Positions 9,343 through 18,426 of a DNA stretch of 64,000 nucleotides are shown here, one piece after another. A program made the translations under genes and the position numbers. Below the pieces are notes generated by a model that was not told the DNA's origin, searched no databases, and saw only the letters and a list, made by a program, of their open reading frames with translations. The DNA comes from Candidatus Micrarchaeia archaeon. Its GTDB lineage: Archaea > Micrarchaeota > Micrarchaeia > Burarchaeales > Fermentimicrarchaeaceae. The DNA is taken from positions 32,001 through 96,000 of the forward strand of contig JAVZHX010000003.1 in NCBI GenBank assembly GCA_038871515.1, read 5' to 3'. Each line of letters begins with the position of its first letter. Position 1 is the stretch's first letter.

Positions 9343-10199
9343 GGGTTGTTGTTCTGAGTGGCAAGGGTGGGACGGGCAAGTCATGTGTAGTTTCCTCCCT
9401 CGCCGTGGAGCTTTCAAGAAAAAGGAAGCTGGTGCTCATTGATGCGGATGCTGACTGCCCAAACCAGCACATAATATTTCCTGGGAGGAGAGTTAAGAGG
9501 GAGAAATTGTATGTATCAAAAATTGCAGTTGTCAACTACAGAAAATGCAATCTTTGCAGGAAGTGCTTGGAAGCCTGCCAGTTCGGGGCCCTGAAAGCGG
9601 AAAAGAGAGTCAAGGTTGACAAATTGCGGTGCGAGGGGTGCGGGGCATGTGTTCTTGCGTGCCCCAACGGTGCTGTCAGGCTTGCTCCAAAGCTGAGCGG
9701 AGAGATGTTCGTCAGGGAAACAAAGAGATTCCCACTGGTTTATGGAAGGCTTGTTCCAAGCGAGTCCGGAAGCGGGAAGATTGTCCACGAGCTGAGGAAG
9801 GAGGGAGACGAACTTGCTCGGGAGAGAGAAGCCGAGCTTGTGCTTGTTGACGCTCCTGCGGGGATAGGGTGCCCGGTGATAGCAGCCGTGGCAGGATGTG
9901 ATTATGCAATAGGGGTCTTGGAGCCAACGCCAGCTGGAATGAAGAACCTTGAGAGGGCTTTGGAGATGGTGGAGTATTTCAGGATACCATATTACATTGT
10001 CATGAACAAGGTTGGCATATCTAAGAAGAACGAGGATGAAGCAGTTAAGAAGTTCGGGAAGAGGATTGCTGGAATGATACCGTATGACGAAGAGATTCCA
10101 CATTTGATTGCCGAGGGTATACCTCCCGTGCTTGGAGAGGGGAAGGCTGCTGAGAGCTTCAGGAAGCTGGCTGGAGAGTTGGAGAGATTATTGTTCTGA
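9339..10199 (+). CDS. Second MinD/ParA-type P-loop ATPase with 2x[4Fe-4S] insert
   Basis: SGKGGTGKS, DADADCPN, two ferredoxin motifs, DAPAGIGCPV. Confidence 0.9.
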   Translation: MRVVVLSGKGGTGKSCVVSSLAVELSRKRKLVLIDADADCPNQHIIFPGRRVKREKLYVSKIAVVNYRKCNLCRKCLEACQFGALKAEKRVKVDKLRCEGCGACVLACPNGAVRLAPKLSGEMFVRETKRFPLVYGRLVPSESGSGKIVHELRKEGDELAREREAELVLVDAPAGIGCPVIAAVAGCDYAIGVLEPTPAGMKNLERALEMVEYFRIPYYIVMNKVGISKKNEDEAVKKFGKRIAGMIPYDEEIPHLIAEGIPPVLGEGKAAESFRKLAGELERLLF

Positions 10200-10272
10200 T
10201 ACATCACAGAGAGGTGGTTATACGCGTGCCCAGAAGAGTTGTGATGAAGAAAAAAGGGGGATAGAAAGTAGG

Positions 10273-11022
10273 ATGCAGCATATAAAACATAAGCTTGCGG
10301 TGATGAGCGGGAAGGGAGGGGTTGGGAAAAGCATGATGACTGCTCTCCTCGCTTTGGCTCTGCAGAGAAGAGGTAATAAAGTTGGCGTGATCGATGCAGA
10401 TATAACTGGGGCGAGTATCCCGAGGATATTTGGGGTTAGTGAGAGACTGTACAGCCTTCCTGTTGGCATGATTCCAGCCAAAACAAAATCGGGGATAAAA
10501 ATCATCTCAGCCAATCTACTACTCGAAAGGGAGGACCAGCCAGTCATATGGAGGGGTCCGCTCATATCCCGGGTTATAACTGAATTCCTTGCAGGTGTTG
10601 AATGGGGCGAGCTTGACTACTTGTTGGTGGATCTGCCTCCTGGAACTAGCGACGCACCACTCACAGTTATCCAGTCAATCCCGCTTGACGGAGTTGTGCT
10701 CGTGACATCGCCTCAGGAGTTATCAATGATGGTCGTGAAAAAAGCTATGAATATGGCAAAAGAGATGGGAGTTCCTATGCTGGGCATGATAGAGAATATG
10801 AGCTACTACAAATGTCCCCACTGCGGGAAAATTTCATATATATTTGGTAAAGGAACTACTGATAAATCTGCAGATGAAAACGGAATCCCTTTTCTAGGGA
10901 AATTCCATCTGGATCCCCTCCTCTCTTCTCTATGTGATTCTGGCAGGATAGAGCTTTATGACACCGAGAAGCTGGATGGGATAATGGATAATTTGCTTAG
11001 AAGATTAACTGAAAAGAGTTGA
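10273..11022 (+). CDS. Mrp/NBP35 Fe-S cluster carrier ATPase
   Basis: MSGKGGVGKS, VIWRGP, DLPPGTSD, ENMSYYKCPHCG; start uncertain. Confidence 0.92.
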   Translation: MQHIKHKLAVMSGKGGVGKSMMTALLALALQRRGNKVGVIDADITGASIPRIFGVSERLYSLPVGMIPAKTKSGIKIISANLLLEREDQPVIWRGPLISRVITEFLAGVEWGELDYLLVDLPPGTSDAPLTVIQSIPLDGVVLVTSPQELSMMVVKKAMNMAKEMGVPMLGMIENMSYYKCPHCGKISYIFGKGTTDKSADENGIPFLGKFHLDPLLSSLCDSGRIELYDTEKLDGIMDNLLRRLTEKS

Positions 11023-11026
11023 ATTT

Positions 11027-11614
11027 ATGGAAATTTACAATAAAGCAAGAATGTTCAACAAAATAGCTTCTGACCCAAAAAATAAAGCGGGGGAGATATT
11101 GGATGCGTTGGGGTTAAAAAAAGGGCAGAGAATTGCTGATATTGGAGCAGGGGGAGGATACTTTTCTTTGAGGTTTGCGGAGCTGGTTGGAGGGAAGGGA
11201 TGTGTATACGCAGTTGACACGAATCCAGAGTTTTTGGAGTTTATCAGAAAGGAAGCTGAAAAGAAACAGGTGGGTAACCTCAAGACAATTTTAGTAGAGA
11301 AGGAGCTGATTTTACCTAAAGGAAGCTTGGATTTGATATTCCTGCGCAATGTGTGCCATCACTTGCTAAACAGAGTTGAATATTTCAGAAAGTTAAGGAG
11401 CTTGCTAAAATCAGACGGCAGAATTGTTATCATAGAGTATAAACCCGGTGGGTTTTTCAGCTTCCATACAATATTTGGGCATTATGTTCCGCAAGATGTT
11501 ATCATAAAGGAAATGGAAGAGGCAGGTTACAGGGTAGAAAGGAAGTTTGATTTTTTACCAGAGCAGTCCTTTACAATTTTTAAACCCAGGAAAGAAGCAC
11601 GCCTAGCATTCTGA
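11027..11614 (+). CDS. Class I SAM-dependent methyltransferase
   Basis: IADIGAGGGYF motif I, VYAVD, LKSDGRIVIIE. Confidence 0.88.
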   Translation: MEIYNKARMFNKIASDPKNKAGEILDALGLKKGQRIADIGAGGGYFSLRFAELVGGKGCVYAVDTNPEFLEFIRKEAEKKQVGNLKTILVEKELILPKGSLDLIFLRNVCHHLLNRVEYFRKLRSLLKSDGRIVIIEYKPGGFFSFHTIFGHYVPQDVIIKEMEEAGYRVERKFDFLPEQSFTIFKPRKEARLAF

Positions 11615-13499
11615 AGGCAACTCCTCCAAGAAGGATTGCAAATGCAATTTCAAATATTGTTATGAAAACTGCTCTTCTCCAGCCAAACTCCTTAACAAGC
11701 GCGCCTATTGTTGCCGCGCATGGTATGTAGAAAAGCGTTACAAGGGTGAAAACAATCATCTGAAGCGGAGTGAGCACATTCGCGAAGTTCTGGGTTCCAA
11801 GAAGGGAGGCGAGCATTATTATTGTGAGCTCCTTTCTCAGTATTCCAAATATCAGGGTTATTCCAACAGCCTCAGGCAAACCAAGCCAGCCAACTGTTAC
11901 CGGAGAAAGCAAAGAGGAAAGTGAGTTGATAACTCCAAGAAGCTCAAGCAGTTTGATGAGGAAGGTTGAGGCGATTATTATTGGGAATGCCATGAAAACA
12001 AAATCCTGCAGTCTTCCCCATGTTTCCTTAACAACTGATTCAAGAGAGGGCATTCTGTAAGGAGGAATTTCCATTATCAAGCCCATGGGCTCGCCTGGAA
12101 GAACTTTGAATGCAATTCTACCCAAAAGGAAAATTGTAAGTAGATTGAATGCGTATATTGCAAGCGCCCACTGAAAGCCAAGATATGCTCCAACAAGGCT
12201 GAGTATTACAACTGTTCTTGCAGCGCATGGGACGAGGGTGACGAGAAAACCTGCAATGCTTCTCTCTCTTTCATTTTCAAGTATTCTGCATCCCAAGCAA
12301 GCTGGAACGTTGCATCCATAGCCAAGTAAGAGTGGGATGAATGCCTTTCCGTGCAATCCAACTTTGTGCATAAGGGTGTCCATAAGGAAAGCCATTCTCG
12401 CAAGGTAGCCTGAGCTTTCAAGAAGGGAAAGAATGAAGAAGAAAGGTATCAAATAGGGAATTGCAATAACAAGCGCTGCAATAACTCCTTCAAAGAAACC
12501 TCCCCAGACAATTTCTCCCAGCATTCCATTCCCAAGCAGTTCCATAATGAGTGGCTTGAGGGAGTTAAGTGAATTTGAGAGGAGCTGGGATAAAGCATCG
12601 CCAAACGTGAAAACAGAAGCGAATATGAGAATTGAGATGAGGAGGAGAAGTATATAACCAAATACCCTGTGAAGCAAAACTTCATCCAATCTGCTTTCAA
12701 TTGATGGTTTTTCAGGTGTTTTTATCTTTTGGCACTTTTCAATTATCTTCCTTGCAAGCACGTATTTTTCACTAGTTATGATAATTGAGCAAAGCTCTCC
12801 CTGGCAGCTCTCAAGCTTCTTTCTGAGTTTCCTGGCAAGCAACAAAGTTTTAGTTGAAACAAGCTTCTCAGTTTCACTATCTCCTTCAAGAAGTTTTAAA
12901 GCAACCCATCTCTCTGGGTAGGGAAGCTCCTTTATGAATGGAGTTAAACTTCTCACTGCATCCTCAACTGGTTTTGAGTAGGTTGGCTGGAATTGCTTTC
13001 TTTTCTTTTTTGTAGCTTTTACTGCTTCCTCTATCAACTGCGTTATTCCAACTCCTCTTGTTGCAATTGTTTCAACAACAGGCACTCCAAGGAGTTTTGA
13101 GAGTTTTTTTGAGTCAATTTCTATTCCTTTCTTCTTTGCATCATCCATCATGTTCAGCGCTATTACTAAAGGTGCATTAAGCTCAAGCAGCTGCAGGGTA
13201 AGAAAGAGGTTTCTCTCAAGTGCGGATGCATCAATCACGTTTATCACAACGTCTGGCTTCTCCTTTGCAATGTACTCCCTTGAAATCAGCTCCTCTGGGG
13301 AGAAAGCTGAGAGGGAGTAGATGCCAGGTAAATCTATTACGTCTATCTCATAACTCCTAAAACGAAAGCTTCCTTCAGCTTTCTCCACTGTTTTACCTGG
13401 CCAATTTCCAATGTGCTGGTGCATACCGGTTAGATGGTTGAAGATAACTGATTTCCCAACATTTGCGTTTCCAGCAAGAGCAATTCTCAGTTTTTTCAT
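11580..13499 (-). CDS. feoB: Ferrous iron transport protein B
   Basis: GNANVGKS, GNWPGKTVE, DLPGIYSL, GYGCNVPA, PC.AR and YIPC.AT gate motifs. Confidence 0.96.
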   Translation of the reverse strand: MKKLRIALAGNANVGKSVIFNHLTGMHQHIGNWPGKTVEKAEGSFRFRSYEIDVIDLPGIYSLSAFSPEELISREYIAKEKPDVVINVIDASALERNLFLTLQLLELNAPLVIALNMMDDAKKKGIEIDSKKLSKLLGVPVVETIATRGVGITQLIEEAVKATKKKRKQFQPTYSKPVEDAVRSLTPFIKELPYPERWVALKLLEGDSETEKLVSTKTLLLARKLRKKLESCQGELCSIIITSEKYVLARKIIEKCQKIKTPEKPSIESRLDEVLLHRVFGYILLLLISILIFASVFTFGDALSQLLSNSLNSLKPLIMELLGNGMLGEIVWGGFFEGVIAALVIAIPYLIPFFFILSLLESSGYLARMAFLMDTLMHKVGLHGKAFIPLLLGYGCNVPACLGCRILENERERSIAGFLVTLVPCAARTVVILSLVGAYLGFQWALAIYAFNLLTIFLLGRIAFKVLPGEPMGLIMEIPPYRMPSLESVVKETWGRLQDFVFMAFPIIIASTFLIKLLELLGVINSLSSLLSPVTVGWLGLPEAVGITLIFGILRKELTIIMLASLLGTQNFANVLTPLQMIVFTLVTLFYIPCAATIGALVKEFGWRRAVFITIFEIAFAILLGGVAFRMLGVLLSWV

Positions 13500-14098
13500 T
13501 TTTCAACCTCAACAAAAACTCTTGAAGCAAGCCCTCTTCCAACTGCGAGGGTTGAGCCACGCACAGATACACTTATTGGGCCGAAGTAGCTTGTCCTTTT
13601 AACAACTTTTATTTCGGTTCCTTTTGTCACTCCCATCTCGCACAACCTTTGGGAAGCTCCTCTTCCAGCCATTATGAAGCTCACCCTCCCAACCTCTCCT
13701 TCTCCCATCTCGCTGAGCTTCTTTAAATTTTTCTTCTCTTCAGAGAGTGTTTTATGTATTGCGTGCTCAACTTTATCTGAAACTGCATGCTCAAGCATGC
13801 ATGCTTCCTCATGAACTTCTCCTTTAATTCCCAAAAAAGCTAGGAATTTTTCAAGGAGCCTGTGCTTGCGGAGTATTGACTCGCCAATCTCCTTTCCTTT
13901 CTTTGTGAGCTTTGCGCCTTTGTAAGGGCTGTATTCAATAAGCCCATCTCTTTTCATTTTTTTGAACATGCCGCTTACGCTTGGTTTTGATACCTTGAGC
14001 TCCTTCGCAACATCGCTTGTCTTTGCATCCTTACCCTGCTCCTTTAATCTGTAGATTGTTTCAAGGTATTCTTCAGTTTTTTCGCTTACTTTTCGCAT
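13496..14098 (-). CDS. DtxR/MntR-family metal-dependent repressor with C-terminal FeoA domain
   Basis: EEYLETIY, SKPSVSGM, RKHRLLEKFL, EACMLEH; FeoA-like C-terminus. Confidence 0.92.
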   Translation of the reverse strand: MRKVSEKTEEYLETIYRLKEQGKDAKTSDVAKELKVSKPSVSGMFKKMKRDGLIEYSPYKGAKLTKKGKEIGESILRKHRLLEKFLAFLGIKGEVHEEACMLEHAVSDKVEHAIHKTLSEEKKNLKKLSEMGEGEVGRVSFIMAGRGASQRLCEMGVTKGTEIKVVKRTSYFGPISVSVRGSTLAVGRGLASRVFVEVEK

Positions 14099-14101
14099 AG
14101 A

Positions 14102-14123
14102 AAAGTTAGCCACACCTAAATTT
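14102..14123 (-). promoter_or_regulatory. Putative DtxR-family operator between the TATA box and start of the dtxR-feoB operon
   Basis: Inverted repeat AAAGTTAG-ccacac-CTAAATTT with a TTAG..CTAA core typical of DtxR/MntR boxes. Confidence 0.65.
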
Positions 14124-14164
14124 AAATAACCAATAGTTTAAACAAATACTTTCAGGTGATTGCA

Positions 14165-14878
14165 ATGTGCGACGTTTCAGTGATAATACCTGCGTTGAAT
14201 GAGGAGAATTATATTGAGAATACTTTGAAGTCTGTCCGCAGTCAGAAAACTTCTTTGGATTATGAGGTGATTGTTGCGGATAATAACAGCGAGGATGGAA
14301 CTGTTGAGATTGCAAAGAGGTATGCTGACAAAGTTGTTGTTGCAAAGAGAAGGGGAGTTTGGTTTGGAAGGAATGCAGGAGCAAGAAAGTCAAAAGGTGA
14401 GCTGCTGGTTTTTGTTGATGCGGATACAGTTATACCAAGCAATTATTTGGAGGTTGTGAGCGCTGTGCTTGAGGATAGCAAGATAAGTGGTATTTCATGC
14501 GCGTTTGAGTTTGACCAGAGGAGCAGGATGCTTGATGCGATTCAGGAATTATCAAACAGCTATCTTGTTTTCAGAGGGATGCTGGGGAAGGGGGAGATAC
14601 TGGGCTTCAATAATGCTGTGAGGAGAAAAACCTTCTTCCAGGTTGGGGGGTTCCCGAATAAACCAATGGAGGATGGAGCTTTTGCAAGGAAGCTATGGAG
14701 GAAGGGGAGGGTGATTTACCTCCCAGAGCCAAGGGTGATTACCTCTGCAAGAAGAATTTCAAAGAATGGACCAATCACAACAGCTGTTTATTACGCAAAC
14801 CTTGCGCTGATAACTGAAATGCCAAACATACCTTTGAAAAAACTTGCAATTTTCAAAAAGTATATCCCGGTAAGATAG
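14165..14878 (+). CDS. GT2 family glycosyltransferase
   Basis: SVIIPALNEE, DNNSEDGT, FVDAD, ED, TSARR. Confidence 0.88.
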   Translation: MCDVSVIIPALNEENYIENTLKSVRSQKTSLDYEVIVADNNSEDGTVEIAKRYADKVVVAKRRGVWFGRNAGARKSKGELLVFVDADTVIPSNYLEVVSAVLEDSKISGISCAFEFDQRSRMLDAIQELSNSYLVFRGMLGKGEILGFNNAVRRKTFFQVGGFPNKPMEDGAFARKLWRKGRVIYLPEPRVITSARRISKNGPITTAVYYANLALITEMPNIPLKKLAIFKKYIPVR

Positions 14879-14909
14879 CTTTTATAATATCGTTCTCATA
14901 GAACTCATT

Positions 14910-15494
14910 ATGAGTCAGAATATTGCTGGGCGTAATAGATGGTTGTCTGTACTTTCAGAAAAGTGTAGGCGCGAGTTTGAAGGTAAAAAACTTGAATCGC
15001 ATGATTTAAGTCATTCTCTCAGAGTCTGGAGGAATGCTGAGAAGCTTGGTCAAAGTCTAGGGGCGGATATGGAGGTATTAATTGCAGCTGTTTTCCTCCA
15101 CGATGTGGGTGTTATTTATACAACGGAAGTGAATCATGGAGCAAAAAGTATGGAAGTTGCAGAGATTATATTAAATAAAATTGGTTTTCCCAAGAATAAA
15201 ATACCCCAGGTTCTTGAGGCAATTGAGAGCCATGATGACCCAAAAAAAGAAAGAAGGAGCCTTGAAGCAAAAATACTATTTGACTGTGACAATATGGATG
15301 CGTTTGGTGCAATTGGAGTATTCCGCTATCTTGATATATACGTGAGGAGAGGGTGGAACATTACGAAAATTGCCGAGCATGTCTGCGAGAACGTTCAAGA
15401 GAGATTCAGAAGTTTGTATTTCAAGCAGTCAGCGAAGATGTGCAGAGAGGATTATGAGTTCACAAAAAAATTACTTCATAAAACTAAAAAATGA
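14910..15494 (+). CDS. HD-domain phosphohydrolase
   Basis: HDLSHSLRV, LHDVG, DCDNMDAFGAIG. Confidence 0.88.
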   Translation: MSQNIAGRNRWLSVLSEKCRREFEGKKLESHDLSHSLRVWRNAEKLGQSLGADMEVLIAAVFLHDVGVIYTTEVNHGAKSMEVAEIILNKIGFPKNKIPQVLEAIESHDDPKKERRSLEAKILFDCDNMDAFGAIGVFRYLDIYVRRGWNITKIAEHVCENVQERFRSLYFKQSAKMCREDYEFTKKLLHKTKK

Positions 15495-15544
15495 GCTACG
15501 CTAGGAAAAAAGAAAAAGAGGAGAATTAGAATTTATTTCTTCTC

Positions 15545-15727
15545 CTAATACTTTTTGTGCTTCTGCCAACAGTCCCTGCAGTAAACAGGTCTTCCCTCTG
15601 TTGGCTTGAAGGGGACTTCGCACTCCGCGCCGCAGTCAGAACAGACAGCTTTGTGCATCTCTCTTGGCCCAAAGCGTTCTCTTCCAAATCCACGACGTCT
15701 GGAACGTCCCGTTTCTTCATAATCCAT
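15545..15727 (-). CDS. CxxC-x17-CxxC zinc-ribbon protein
   Basis: REMHKAVCSDCGAECEVPFKPTEGRPVYCRDC; AGGTGA SD. Confidence 0.9.
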   Translation of the reverse strand: MDYEETGRSRRRGFGRERFGPREMHKAVCSDCGAECEVPFKPTEGRPVYCRDCWQKHKKY

Positions 15728-15819
15728 TTTTTTCACCTACATGCGTGCAGATTGACTGCGACGCATTACTGAGTGAGTATTTGACCTCTGGTGTTTAAAT
15801 AGTTATGTAATGCCGGATG

Positions 15820-15883
15820 AACATCAGAACTCAAGATCTTCTTCATAAGCCAAGGGCTTCAGCTCCGAGTCTCATCATCTGTT
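15820..15883 (-). ncRNA. Box C/D 2'-O-methylation guide sRNA
   Basis: Minus strand AACAG-ATGATGA(C)-GACTCGGAG-CTGA(D')-AGCCCTTGGCTT-ATGAAGA(C')-AGATCTTGAGTT-CTGA(D)-TGTT; terminal AACA/TGTT stem; GAAAAGCTATAAAT about 20 nt upstream. Confidence 0.85.
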
Positions 15884-15903
15884 AGAGTTTTAAAAAAAGA
15901 GAT

Positions 15904-16248
15904 TTATAGCTTTTCCCCGCAACTGAAGCAGTATGCTGCATCAGAGGGGTTCTTTGCCTTGCATTTTGGGCAGACAAGCATTAGGAGCTTTCCCTTTCCT
16001 CTTTCCTCAACTGCCTCGCTTTTCCCTCTTTCAAGCTCCCTTCCAATTACACGGAGGAATGCTTTGAAGCTCTCGTAAGCGAAGAATAATGCACCTACAA
16101 CGACAAGTGGAATTAGAAGGACGTAGATTGTTAAGCCCTGTTGGTTGTAAACCAACACAGCTGTAACTAGTGCTGCTATGAGCATTATTGAGAAGCCAAA
16201 GAAGTTTTCGCTTTGAGTAATTGCCTCAACTCCAGAGGACTTCTTCAT
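15904..16248 (-). CDS. Two-TM membrane protein with C-terminal zinc ribbon
   Basis: Two hydrophobic helices; CPKCKAKNPSDAAYCFSCG. Confidence 0.8.
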   Translation of the reverse strand: MKKSSGVEAITQSENFFGFSIMLIAALVTAVLVYNQQGLTIYVLLIPLVVVGALFFAYESFKAFLRVIGRELERGKSEAVEERGKGKLLMLVCPKCKAKNPSDAAYCFSCGEKL

Positions 16249-16425
16249 ATTTTCTGATTAGTTTGATGGGATATATTAAGTTAATTGTTTAAGAGGGAGA
16301 AGCTTAAAAAGCAAGTTTTTTATATTAACAGAGGCATATGTTATTTGAAGTGAGAGCATGGAGAAGGATTTGCTTCATTGACTTCTTCTCAGTTTGTCTA
16401 GCTGTGCTCTCAAGAGGTGTTGTTG

Positions 16426-17715
16426 ATGGCTAGCCTTGATGTTTCAACTCCAAAGGGAATGAGGGATATAGAACCAGAGGAAATGAAAGAGAGGGAGAGA
16501 ATTTTTGAAACAATAAAAGGAGTTTTCAGAGTTTATGGGTTTGTGCCACTTGAAACGCCTGCGCTTGAGAATTGGGAGGTTCTTTCAGCAAAGGGAGCGG
16601 GTGGTGAGGAAATTTTGAATGAAACGTATAACTTTGAGGATAAAGGTGGGAGGAGGGTTGGTTTAAGGTATGATTTAACTGTTCCACTTGCAAGGTTTGT
16701 TGCCAACAACCCAAACATCCCACTCCCATTCAAAAGGTATCAGATTGGAAGAGTTTGGAGGTATGGGGATGTTGCAAAGGGAAGGTTGAGGGAGTTCTGG
16801 CAGGCGGATAGTGATATTGTTGGTTCTGAAAGCATGCTTGCAGATGCAGAAGTTATAGCGTGCGCGGTTGATGTTTTCAAATCGCTTGGGTTTGAGAAGT
16901 TTGCTGTAAGAGTGAATAACAGAAAAATTCTTTCAGCAATGGTTCAGTTTGCAGGAGTTGAGAAAGAAAGAGTTTGGGATGTGTTAAGGGTGATTGACAA
17001 GCTTGAGAAGGTGGGGGAGAGGAAGGTTGCTGAGGAGCTTTCCCAGAGAGGGGTGAACAGGGAAGCTTGCAAAAAGCTGATGGAGCTGCTTATGCTAAAA
17101 GGTGACTCTGAGCAGCTTCTTGAGAAAGCAGATGGCTTGATTGGTGTTTTGAAGGAGGGGAAGGATGGGGTGAGGGAGTTGAGGGAGCTTCTTTCCTATT
17201 TGAAAAGTATGGGGTGCAGTGAGTGGGTGAGGGTGGATTTCAGCCTTGCAAGGGGTTTGGAGTATTACACGGGTCCAATTTTTGAGGTTTCTCTGTCAAA
17301 GGAAATTGGAAGCGTTGCAGGGGGAGGTAGATATGACAGGATGATTGGGCTGTTTCTTGGAAGGGAGATGCCTGCGACTGGAATAAGCTTTGGAATTGAT
17401 AGGATTGCTGAGGTGATTCAACCAAAGAAAAGTGAGGAGAGAAGCGTTTTTGTTGCGTATACTGAGGGTTGCTTAAAGCAGGCAGTTGAATTTGCAGCTG
17501 AGCTGAGAAGGAGTGGAATACCTGCTGTTGTTGATTTGAGAGGAAGGTCTTTGGCAAAGCAGCTGAGCTATGCGAATTCAATAAAAGTCAGCTATGCGGT
17601 GATTGTGGGGAGGGAGGAGCTGAAGCAAGGGAAGGTTAAACTCAGAGATTTTAAAAGTGGGGAGGAGAGAGTGGTGTCAAGAGAGGAGTGCATAGGTTTA
17701 ATTACTAGTAAGTGA
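16426..17715 (+). CDS. hisS: Histidine--tRNA ligase
   Basis: PKGMRD, LRYDLTVP, GRLREFWQ, RGLEYYTG, GGGRYD; anticodon-binding domain. Confidence 0.97.
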   Translation: MASLDVSTPKGMRDIEPEEMKERERIFETIKGVFRVYGFVPLETPALENWEVLSAKGAGGEEILNETYNFEDKGGRRVGLRYDLTVPLARFVANNPNIPLPFKRYQIGRVWRYGDVAKGRLREFWQADSDIVGSESMLADAEVIACAVDVFKSLGFEKFAVRVNNRKILSAMVQFAGVEKERVWDVLRVIDKLEKVGERKVAEELSQRGVNREACKKLMELLMLKGDSEQLLEKADGLIGVLKEGKDGVRELRELLSYLKSMGCSEWVRVDFSLARGLEYYTGPIFEVSLSKEIGSVAGGGRYDRMIGLFLGREMPATGISFGIDRIAEVIQPKKSEERSVFVAYTEGCLKQAVEFAAELRRSGIPAVVDLRGRSLAKQLSYANSIKVSYAVIVGREELKQGKVKLRDFKSGEERVVSREECIGLITSK

Positions 17716-17738
17716 TTATATTTCATGTTGGAGGGGAT

Positions 17739-17897
17739 GGGATGGCGATGGATTGGACGAGCATGAAGGCATGCCTTGTCTGCTTTGCCCAGGATGGAAT
17801 ATCGGTGAGGCTGGAGCTTCAGAATGATGTTTACGTATGCCCAAGAAACCCAGAGCACAGGTTTGTTATGAAGGAGGGGAAGCTGGAGAGGTTGTAG
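17739..17897 (+). CDS. Small Zn-binding protein
   Basis: CLVC...CPRNPEH; GGAGGGG SD; abuts the next gene. Confidence 0.6.
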   Translation, partial: GMAMDWTSMKACLVCFAQDGISVRLELQNDVYVCPRNPEHRFVMKEGKLERL

Positions 17898-18395
17898 ATG
17901 AAAACAGTTGAAGAGGTAAATGATGAAGTGATAAAGAATGGGGGTTTGCTGGTGCTTATGTATTTTGACATGCACGGCAACTCTCCAGATGTGATTCAAA
18001 ACTCCCTAGTTGACATGATAGGAAGGTTAACCCAGGAGCCTGGCGTGGTTTATGCAACAGGGGAGATTGAGGAGCCAATTCAGTATGAGGAGCTGTATTC
18101 AACCTCTGCGGAGGTGAAGCTGCTTGCAAGGGATTTGAACTCTCTTGTGAATGTTTGTTTCAGGTATGGGCCGATTGGGATAGAGGTATTGCAACCTGAG
18201 GAGATGAAGCTTGGGCTGCCCCAGCTTCACGAGTTGCTTCTTAATGTCTCTCAAACTTCACAGGAGTATACAAAGTTTGTTTATGAGAAGCTTATGACGC
18301 CTGAGGAGAGGGAGAAGTTCAACAGGCAGCTGCTGAACAGGGCTGAGCTTGCGAAAAAGCTTGTTGAGAGAGGAAAGTCAGTAACTGGGAAGTGA
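17898..18395 (+). CDS. Hypothetical protein
   Basis: 165-aa ORF in the hisS operon with genome-typical composition. Confidence 0.75.
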   Translation: MKTVEEVNDEVIKNGGLLVLMYFDMHGNSPDVIQNSLVDMIGRLTQEPGVVYATGEIEEPIQYEELYSTSAEVKLLARDLNSLVNVCFRYGPIGIEVLQPEEMKLGLPQLHELLLNVSQTSQEYTKFVYEKLMTPEEREKFNRQLLNRAELAKKLVERGKSVTGK

Positions 18396-18426
18396 GTTTA
18401 AATATTACAAAATGCTTATTTTATAC

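Noticed and set aside
16338..16433. 31-aa ORF MLFEVRAWRR... upstream of hisS
   Set aside because: It starts upstream of the likely TSS and coincides with the hairpin; composition is atypical.
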